Shown here in pieces: positions 57,222-64,000 of a DNA stretch of 64,000 nt. The DNA is from Bacteroidota bacterium (GTDB lineage Bacteria > Bacteroidota > Bacteroidia > B-17B0 > Aurantibacillaceae). Under the pieces are notes generated by a model that saw nothing but the letters and a program-made list of their open reading frames with translations, had not been told where the DNA came from and did no database searches. Location of the stretch: positions 68,313 through 132,312 of the forward strand of contig JAUXZS010000016.1 of NCBI GenBank assembly GCA_030692515.1. The letters run 5' to 3'. Each line of letters starts with the position of its first letter. Position 1 is the stretch's first letter. Both the position numbers and the translations under genes were made by a program.

Positions 57222-58253
57222 ATGAAGTTAGAGAGAAAACATGTTGGTATTGCCTTACAAGGTGGGGGAGCCCACGGTGCTTTTACTTGGGGTGTGTTAG
57301 ATAGACTTTTAGAAGAGGAGGATATTGTTGCGGAGGCAATGTGCGGAACAAGTGCTGGTGCCGTTAACGCGGTTACTTGTGCTTACGGTTTACATATTGG
57401 TGGTCCGGCAAAAGCAAAAGAATTATTAGAAGAATTGTGGAAAAAAGTAGCCTTAAGCGGGAGCTTTTTGTTTAAGCCAGGCATGATGGATTCGGCTTAT
57501 GGTAACGGAGACATTTATAACAGCACTGGATACATGATGGTTAATGCCATTACTCAAGTTTTATCACCCTACAATTTTAATCCTTTTAATTACAATCCTC
57601 TTAGAGATATTTTAAACAATATTATTGATTTTGAAGAGTTACATCGGTACAACAAAAAGAAACTTTTTATTTGCGCTACCAATGTAAAAACAAACAAAGC
57701 AAAAATATTTGCAAATAAAGAAATTACAGTGGACTCCGTTATGGCATCTGCATGTTTGCCATTTTTATTTCAAGCAGTTGAAATTGAAGGGCAATTTTAT
57801 TGGGATGGTGGATATATGGGTAATCCTCCAATTTTTCCAATCATCACTAATACAAATTTATCTGATATTGTTCTTGTTAAAATTAATTCTATCAATATTA
57901 ATTCCGTTCCAACTACAGCTAGAGATATTGCAGATAGGGTTAATGAAATTTCATTTAATAGTAGTTTAATAAATGAAATGAAGTTAATTCACTACCGAAA
58001 TGAATTGATTAGAAACGGAATTTTAAAATCCGATAATAAAGTTAACCGCGAAATTTTTGTGCATACGATTAGTGGATACGATGCATTAAGTCAATTAAGT
58101 TATAGTAGTAAAATGAATACTTCTTGGGAGTTTTTATCAGACCTAAAACAACGAGGTAGAGATACTGCCGAAAAATGGTTAGCCTCAGATTACAAAGAAG
58201 TTGGTTTAAAATCAACCTTTGATGTTGAGGAACATTTCTTTGATAAATTTTAA
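57222..58253 (+). CDS. patatin-like phospholipase
   Basis: Oxyanion GGGAHGAF, nucleophile elbow GTSAGA and catalytic Asp in WDGGY. Confidence 0.8.
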   Translation: MKLERKHVGIALQGGGAHGAFTWGVLDRLLEEEDIVAEAMCGTSAGAVNAVTCAYGLHIGGPAKAKELLEELWKKVALSGSFLFKPGMMDSAYGNGDIYNSTGYMMVNAITQVLSPYNFNPFNYNPLRDILNNIIDFEELHRYNKKKLFICATNVKTNKAKIFANKEITVDSVMASACLPFLFQAVEIEGQFYWDGGYMGNPPIFPIITNTNLSDIVLVKINSININSVPTTARDIADRVNEISFNSSLINEMKLIHYRNELIRNGILKSDNKVNREIFVHTISGYDALSQLSYSSKMNTSWEFLSDLKQRGRDTAEKWLASDYKEVGLKSTFDVEEHFFDKF

Positions 58254-58341
58254 TGCTCCTTAATAACCATTTAACTTTCTTTAAATTTTCTTAAATAAAA
58301 TTTTCTTAGTTTTACTTAAGTAATTTACTTTAACGAAATCG

Positions 58342-60231
58342 ATGCCAACTTTTTTTAAACAAAAAAAAATAGTTCCAACTATTAAAAAACTTTGGTTTTG
58401 GTTGTTCTTCTGCTCTGCTTTTATTTCCAGCTCTCAGTCATTTTATTCAACTGATTCAAAATACCTAAGTTCAAAAACAGAAAAAAACAATCTGTTATCA
58501 AAATATAGATATACCTACCCTGATACAAGCATCAATAACCTTCATAATTATTTTCCGCGAAATTTCTTAGGCAATGTTGGTTTACCATCTCCAACCTACC
58601 TACTTACTTATGGCACAAATAATATTGGTTTTAATTTTTACACGCCTCCCACCCAAAACGACATTTATACCGAAAGCCAAGTTGAATACTATCGCTCTAA
58701 AGGTCCGTACGCAAATTTAATAGGTGTTGCTGGTAGCAAAAAATTTCAAGCCTTTAAAATGCTTTTTACGCATACCTATAAAGAAAAAGTTAATGTAACT
58801 CTCAAGTTCAGTCGTTACACTTCGCAAGGCTTTTATTTAAAACAACAAACATACACTAACAATTTTTACCTTTCAAGTAATGCAACATCAAAAAATAATC
58901 GTTTAGGTTATTACTTTTATATTCTTACTAACGGGAATAAAAACAAAGAAAATGGTGGGATTTTACAAGATAGTCTTACCGACAAAACATTGCTAGAAAA
59001 CAAAGAGCTACTTGCTGTAAGATTAAATGGCGCAAATCGTGAGAATAAAGAAATTAAAGTCATGTTTAATCCATTTATAAAATTAAATAAAGGACAAGAT
59101 TCAACAACAAAACTAAATCACTTTATTCAATCCAAATCAACTTTTGCTTCGAATATTTATAAATATAATGACGACAATATTGCTATTGATAAATATTATA
59201 CAATCATGTATTTAGATACAGCAAAAACAAGAGATAGTTCTCATGTTCTAAAAATACTAAATGAAATAAATTATTCGGCCATCACAACAAATTCAAACTT
59301 TGCTATTTCAGTAGGCTATAAAAACGAAATTAATCACGTTTGGCAAAAGGCAGATAGTTTATTTTTTAACCATATTGCCACTGCAGATATTGCCTATAGA
59401 AAATCCATCAGAGGAACAGATTCCTTAAATACTAACGGTAAAGAAATTGAGAGTTTTTTTAATTTTCAATATGTTTTTGGCGGGGCAAATATTGGAAACT
59501 ATAAAGTTGAAAGCAGAACAATACTAAATTTAAACAAATCTAAAAACAGACTCATCTATTTTAATTTACTAGCCGAAAATCGCTCGGCAGATTATATTTA
59601 TAATTATTGGATAAGCAATCATTTTAGCTGGTTTAACAATGGTTATCATTCACAACAACAAACGCAAGCCGTATTAGGTTTTTACCTCAATAAAAATATT
59701 ACCACTTCGGTTTTTGTTCAGAACATAAACAATTATTTGTTTTTTGATAATGTTGCCTTACCAAGACAATATTCTAAACCCATAACTAATGTTGGGGTTC
59801 GACTTACTTACACCAAAGTGTTTTTAAAACACATAGGCTTGTCGCTAAATTATATTTTTCAAAATACTACAAACACTACCTATATTCGAATGCCTCGAAA
59901 TCAAGGAATCGCTAAATTATTTTACACCGGTAATTTATTTAAAAACAATTTGCAATTACAAATCGGTAGTCAATTGCAAGCGTATCAATCCTTTTATTCT
60001 TACGGTTACATGCCAGCCACTCAAACATTTTATTTACAGGAAGGTTTTAAAACAGAAACTTATCCATTTGTAGATGTGTATATAAACGCACGAATACGCC
60101 CAGTTTCATTTTTCTTAAAAGTTGAAAATGCTCTTTATGGTTTTGCTGGAACTAAATATGCTTTAACACAAGGTTATTATCAAACAGATAGAGCCTTTAG
60201 ATTTGGTATAAGCTGGAGCTTTTTTGATTAA
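58342..60231 (+). CDS. putative outer-membrane beta-barrel (porin-like) protein
   Basis: Signal peptide, 629 aa rich in Tyr/Asn/Phe with an alternating beta pattern, and C-terminal FRFGISWSFF. The family assignment is recollection only. Confidence 0.45.
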   Translation: MPTFFKQKKIVPTIKKLWFWLFFCSAFISSSQSFYSTDSKYLSSKTEKNNLLSKYRYTYPDTSINNLHNYFPRNFLGNVGLPSPTYLLTYGTNNIGFNFYTPPTQNDIYTESQVEYYRSKGPYANLIGVAGSKKFQAFKMLFTHTYKEKVNVTLKFSRYTSQGFYLKQQTYTNNFYLSSNATSKNNRLGYYFYILTNGNKNKENGGILQDSLTDKTLLENKELLAVRLNGANRENKEIKVMFNPFIKLNKGQDSTTKLNHFIQSKSTFASNIYKYNDDNIAIDKYYTIMYLDTAKTRDSSHVLKILNEINYSAITTNSNFAISVGYKNEINHVWQKADSLFFNHIATADIAYRKSIRGTDSLNTNGKEIESFFNFQYVFGGANIGNYKVESRTILNLNKSKNRLIYFNLLAENRSADYIYNYWISNHFSWFNNGYHSQQQTQAVLGFYLNKNITTSVFVQNINNYLFFDNVALPRQYSKPITNVGVRLTYTKVFLKHIGLSLNYIFQNTTNTTYIRMPRNQGIAKLFYTGNLFKNNLQLQIGSQLQAYQSFYSYGYMPATQTFYLQEGFKTETYPFVDVYINARIRPVSFFLKVENALYGFAGTKYALTQGYYQTDRAFRFGISWSFFD

Positions 60232-60249
60232 TTTATACTTTTTTAACGA

Positions 60250-60723
60250 CTACTCATGGTGATACTTTTCACCCTTTAAAATAGTGAAGGCTCTATACAA
60301 TTGTTCTACAAAAAACAACCTCACCATTTGATGAGAGAAGGTCATTTGCGACAAAGAAATTTTTAAATTAGCGCGTTTATATATCACATCACTAAAGCCA
60401 AATGGCCCACCAATTAAGAAAATTAAACGTTTAACTGATGCATTTTGCTTTTGAGCAATAAAATTAGAAAAGTCAAGCGAAGAATATTCCTTCCCTTTTT
60501 CATCCAATAAAATAAGTTGGTCTTCAGGTAAAATGTTTAACAAAATTAGCTTTGCTTCCTCTTGTTTTTGCTCAGGCTGTGTGCGCTGTCGCACTGTTTT
60601 TGGCACATTAATTGTTTGTATTTCAAATGAGCAATAGTTCTTAAGCCTCTTGGTATATATTTCTATCCCGTTGGTTAAGTAACTATCCTGCGTTTTATCT
60701 ATTTGAAGCAACAAAATCTTCAT
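60250..60723 (-). CDS. rlmH: 23S rRNA (pseudouridine1915-N3)-methyltransferase RlmH
   Basis: 157 aa. LDEKGKEYSS..F, IGGPFGFS, and S.MTFSHQM.R....EQ.YRA SPOUT blocks. Confidence 0.88.
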   Translation of the reverse strand: MKILLLQIDKTQDSYLTNGIEIYTKRLKNYCSFEIQTINVPKTVRQRTQPEQKQEEAKLILLNILPEDQLILLDEKGKEYSSLDFSNFIAQKQNASVKRLIFLIGGPFGFSDVIYKRANLKISLSQMTFSHQMVRLFFVEQLYRAFTILKGEKYHHE

Positions 60724-60747
60724 TTGTTAAAAGTGCGAAAAAAATAT

Positions 60748-60755
60748 TAACTTTG
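60748..60755 (+). promoter_or_regulatory. -7 box TAACTTTG upstream of the DUF4783-like gene and nadC
   Basis: Matches TAnnTTTG, 12 nt before the ATG at 60768. Confidence 0.4.
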
Positions 60756-60767
60756 TAATACAAATAA

Positions 60768-61142
60768 ATGAAAATAGCAGTAAATATATTTTATTTAATT
60801 TTTACTTTCTTTTTTGCTGGCGTTGAGCCAAGTGACGAAATTATTTCTGCCTTAAAACAAGGGAAATCAAATGAGCTTGTAAAATATTTTGACGAAAAGG
60901 TTTCTATTAAAATTATCAATCAAGAAGATGTGTTAAGTAAATCGCAAGCAGAAGCTAACCTAAAATTCTTTTTTGAAAAACATACCGTTAAAGCTTTCTC
61001 TTCAAGTCATGTTAGTTCTACAAATAACGGAGCACAATATATTACCGGCAATCTTGAAACCAGTAATGGAAAATTCAGAGTTTCAATTTTATTGAGACGA
61101 AATTTAATTGCTCAATTTCGAATAGAAAACGATAATGATTGA
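60768..61142 (+). CDS. DUF4783-like secreted protein
   Basis: Signal peptide, the SKSQAEANLKFFFEKH pattern, and a position between rlmH and nadC as I recall for DUF4783 in Bacteroidota. TAACTTTG box 12 nt upstream. Confidence 0.55.
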   Translation: MKIAVNIFYLIFTFFFAGVEPSDEIISALKQGKSNELVKYFDEKVSIKIINQEDVLSKSQAEANLKFFFEKHTVKAFSSSHVSSTNNGAQYITGNLETSNGKFRVSILLRRNLIAQFRIENDND

Positions 61143-62004
61143 TTTTATTAAGCTTCACCAAAATCATTTTAATTTTAAACAGTTTGTCTCTTCTTCGTTT
61201 ATAGAAGATGTTGGAGACGGCGATCACACCTCTCTTTCTACCATTCCGAAAAATCATAAAGGTAAAATGCATTTACTCGTAAAAGAAGAAGGTATAATTG
61301 CGGGAATTGCTGCCGCCGAAAAAATCTTTAAACAAGTAGATAAAAATTTTAAGATTAAATTTTTTTTAAAAGATGGCGATAAAGTAAAAAAAGGAGATGT
61401 AGCATTTAGAATAGAAGGTAATACTCAAAAACTTTTAACTGCCGAACGATTAGTGTTAAATATTATGCAACGCATGAGCGGCATTGCTACCAAGACAAAT
61501 TATTTGCAAACTTTATGCAAAGGAACCAAAGCTGTTGTTATTGATACTCGTAAAACTACTCCAGGCTTTCGTTTTTTTGAAAAGTGGGCGGTTGTTATTG
61601 GTGGAGGTGCAAATCACCGTTATGGTTTATTTGATATGATTTTAATAAAAGATAATCATATTGATTTTGCCGGAGGAATAATTGAAGCAATTGACGCAGC
61701 AAATAATTATTTAAAAAAAACGAAAAAGAAATTAGACATTGAGGTTGAAACCCGAAATACTGAAGATGTAAAAAAGGTTTTAAAACATGGCGGCGTTAAA
61801 CGCATAATGTTAGATAATTATACTCCAAAACAAACTCTTGAAGCCGTAAAATTAATTAATAAAAAATTTGAAGTTGAATCTTCGGGTGGTATTACCGAAA
61901 AAAATATTGCAGACTATGCTAAATGCGGCGTAGATTTTATTTCTATTGGTGCTTTAACGCATCATGTAAAAAGTTTAGACCTTAGCTTAAAAGCAATAAA
62001 ATAA
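61135..62004 (+). CDS. nadC: nicotinate-nucleotide pyrophosphorylase (carboxylating)
   Basis: DIGDGDHTS-like start, LTAERLVLNIMQRMSGIAT, DTRKTTPG.R, GGG.NHR.GL.D..LIKDNH and SGGIT. Confidence 0.9.
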   Translation: MIDFIKLHQNHFNFKQFVSSSFIEDVGDGDHTSLSTIPKNHKGKMHLLVKEEGIIAGIAAAEKIFKQVDKNFKIKFFLKDGDKVKKGDVAFRIEGNTQKLLTAERLVLNIMQRMSGIATKTNYLQTLCKGTKAVVIDTRKTTPGFRFFEKWAVVIGGGANHRYGLFDMILIKDNHIDFAGGIIEAIDAANNYLKKTKKKLDIEVETRNTEDVKKVLKHGGVKRIMLDNYTPKQTLEAVKLINKKFEVESSGGITEKNIADYAKCGVDFISIGALTHHVKSLDLSLKAIK

Positions 62005-62018
62005 TTTTTTTACTCTAT

Positions 62019-62369
62019 TTACTTTTTATACAAACTACATGCTTTTTTAAAAATAGCATTTAAATTTTTTACATCTATATCCTTTTCTGGATCTATATAA
62101 AAAACTTTAACTTGTTTTCTTCCTTCACTTAATAGTTTAGAATGTTTAATCTTATAGCCTTGAACAAAACCAATATAAATTAACTTCGTTTTTTTATGAT
62201 AGGAAATGTAACAAAACCATTTATTATTATAGTAATAAAACGGCGTGTTAAACTTCCATTGCTCACTTAACTGATTAGAATAGTTTAAAATAAATTGCCT
62301 TAAAAAGAGCAAACAACTTCTGTGCGGTTCTTCTAAAGAAAAAAAATAATTATCTAAATGATTTAGCAT
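62019..62369 (-). CDS. DUF1801/YdhG-like small protein
   Basis: 116 aa. The pattern W....PFY.....W..Y......K..Y.GF..G resembles DUF1801. Weak. Confidence 0.45.
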   Translation of the reverse strand: MLNHLDNYFFSLEEPHRSCLLFLRQFILNYSNQLSEQWKFNTPFYYYNNKWFCYISYHKKTKLIYIGFVQGYKIKHSKLLSEGRKQVKVFYIDPEKDIDVKNLNAIFKKACSLYKK

Positions 62370-63456
62370 GTTGAAATACTTCTAGATACTTATCCCTATA
62401 GGATTTTACGCAATATTCATTTACAACAGTTTCTCTGCCCTTCATTCCTATTTCTGTTCTTAGTTCTGGATTTTCAATTAAAGAAGACAAAATAGTAAAC
62501 CACTCCTCATCTGTATTCACTAAAAATCCATTTTCTCCATTTTTTATGATATCTTTATTTACCCCTACAGCGCTCATTACGGCAGGTACTCCGCAAGCCA
62601 TGTAAGACAGTCCTTTTAATCCACATTTCCCGTTTGCCCATTCATCGTTTGGCAATGGCATTAATCCAATATCTAATGAATTTAGCTCGTTAACCTCGGT
62701 ATTCTCTTTCCATTCAATCGCTTCAATATTTAAAGTTGGATGCTTATAAAACTTACTCCCAATAACTTTAAATTTTAATTGGTTTTTATATTTTTCTTGT
62801 AATTGAATAAGAACAGGGATTAATAATTCGAAATGTTTAATAGTACTAATACTTCCACTCCAACCAATAGTAATTAATTTTTTATTTCGCAGCTCGATTT
62901 TTGGAGTATGCCATTCAGAATTAATAGTAGTTGGGATAACGATAACGTTGTTACTATAGGGTCTTGCTTTCTCTGCTAAATAATTATTTCCAGCAATTAC
63001 TGTGTGCGCATAAGATATGTTTTTATAAAATTTTTCCGGTTTTTTTATCCATTCCCATTTTTTATTTCCTGGACTTGTATCGGCTAACCAAATGCTATCG
63101 TCAAAATCAAAAATAACATGGGCGCCAGATTTAAAAGCAAGTTTTTCAAAATAAGAAGTTCCTAAAAAAGAAGCTTCTCGCTGAATAAAAATAATATCAT
63201 ACTTTTTAAATTTGAAAGAATCTTTAAAACGGATAAGCACAGATTTTATTAAAATAAAAACTTTATTTAAAAAATTTCCTTTCGAATAAAAAAGTTCATC
63301 ATCTTTTTCATTTAATAAATAAGAATAAGTAAACTTAAAGCCATACTCCTCCAAAAATGAGAGGTACTGTTCGAATCGGTAGCGTTGACTAGGCGAGCGT
63401 TTAGGTCTGTGAGCACAAAGTATTAAAACATTTGCCATCTTATTCTTCGGTTTCAA
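62350..63456 (-). CDS. GT-B fold glycosyltransferase (GT4-like)
   Basis: C-terminal E(x7)E-type region (GLKGLSYMACGVPAVMSAVGVNKDIIKNGENGFL) typical of GT4 retaining enzymes. Confidence 0.7.
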   Translation of the reverse strand: MKPKNKMANVLILCAHRPKRSPSQRYRFEQYLSFLEEYGFKFTYSYLLNEKDDELFYSKGNFLNKVFILIKSVLIRFKDSFKFKKYDIIFIQREASFLGTSYFEKLAFKSGAHVIFDFDDSIWLADTSPGNKKWEWIKKPEKFYKNISYAHTVIAGNNYLAEKARPYSNNVIVIPTTINSEWHTPKIELRNKKLITIGWSGSISTIKHFELLIPVLIQLQEKYKNQLKFKVIGSKFYKHPTLNIEAIEWKENTEVNELNSLDIGLMPLPNDEWANGKCGLKGLSYMACGVPAVMSAVGVNKDIIKNGENGFLVNTDEEWFTILSSLIENPELRTEIGMKGRETVVNEYCVKSYRDKYLEVFQHAKSFR

Positions 63457-63504
63457 TTCAGAATTTATGAAAAAAGTACGGAAACGTCTTTATTTTTTCT
63501 AACA

Positions 63505-64000
63505 TTAGCTTCCAAATTTATATCCTAAAGTTTGTCTGTTTTCGGTTATTTGTGTTGGTAAATGTTTAACGTCGTCAAAAATTAATTGCGCTAAATCTTC
63601 TTTCTTTCTTTGATCGCTTGGCATGGATGCGAGGCGTAAATTCTGTTTCATCACTACATCACCCACAACCTGCCTTGCAGTTCTAGCATTTCCAAAAAAT
63701 TTATCTCGCGAATCATATAAATTAGCTATGTGCGCTCTTAAGTGAGTTTCTGCTTCTGGATTTGGAGTTAAACTTTCTTTTAAAAGTAAATTTTTTGTAA
63801 TATCCCATAATTGTTCGGGTTGATAATCATCAAACACAAACGTTTTATCAAAACGAGATTTTAAACCGGGATTACTTTGAATAAACGTACTCATATTATC
63901 AGTGTAGCCTGCAACAATAATTCCAAACTTTCCACGCATATCTTCCATTCTTTTTAAAATAACCTGTATAGCTTCGTTACCAAAATCGTTTCCACCATTC
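63505..64000 (-). CDS. AAA+ ATPase, CbbX/SpoVK-like; the N-terminal part lies beyond the right edge of the window
   Basis: The frame stays open to base 64000. IIVAGYTDNM..F...NPGL.SRF...F.F.DY and FGNAR..R are the C-terminal blocks of CbbX/SpoVK-type ATPases. Confidence 0.65.
   Translation of the reverse strand, partial: NGGNDFGNEAIQVILKRMEDMRGKFGIIVAGYTDNMSTFIQSNPGLKSRFDKTFVFDDYQPEQLWDITKNLLLKESLTPNPEAETHLRAHIANLYDSRDKFFGNARTARQVVGDVVMKQNLRLASMPSDQRKKEDLAQLIFDDVKHLPTQITENRQTLGYKFGS

Noticed and set aside
1-64000. A search for tRNA, rRNA, tmRNA, RNase P RNA, SRP RNA, transposases, integrases, restriction-modification, toxin-antitoxin, retron/reverse transcriptase and cas genes.
   Set aside because: I found none of the following: a T-loop/acceptor-like GGTTCGAATCC context in intergenic DNA, rRNA-like conserved strings, DDE/tyrosine-recombinase motifs, or an RT YxDD motif in any listed ORF. 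The window appears to be free of these features, within the limits of reading by eye.

Overview
This is an AT-rich, densely packed chromosomal segment, most likely from a Bacteroidota bacterium of flavobacterial or sphingobacterial type. The taxonomic pointers are gldH, a T9SS C-terminal sorting domain, TAnnTTTG -7 promoter boxes, and DUF1573, DUF349 and DUF4783 families. I count about 61 protein-coding genes. Most are housekeeping: ribH, recF, asnS, mutS2-like, gmk, folB, thiL, pepT, clpX, dxs, valS, rlmH and nadC. I found no rRNA, tRNA, CRISPR array, transposase or integrase. The parts that do not look routine are listed here.

1. A five-gene, translationally coupled operon: UbiA prenyltransferase, type III PKS, methyltransferase, flavoenzyme and a small membrane protein (533-4784). 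It predicts an uncharacterised prenylated phenolic lipid or quinone.
2. A secreted PHM/DBH-like copper monooxygenase (T9SS-sorted) fused to a CxxCH cytochrome-c-like module, coupled to a small CX4CH lipoprotein (37023-38991).
3. A VWA plus Mg-chelatase-like AAA+ pair with non-canonical Walker motifs (5097-7804).
4. A membrane NarI-like/HdrD-like Fe-S pair (53929-56080).
5. Three tandem DUF1573 genes with an embedded terminator hairpin.
6. An oxygenase-only paaABCD/paaE locus with divergent promoters, palindromes and a hidden 33-codon hydrophobic ORF.
7. Several families of long imperfect inverted repeats that sit specifically at convergent gene junctions, plus a 440-bp non-coding hairpin island.

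All functional calls come from reading motifs in the supplied translations. No database search was possible.
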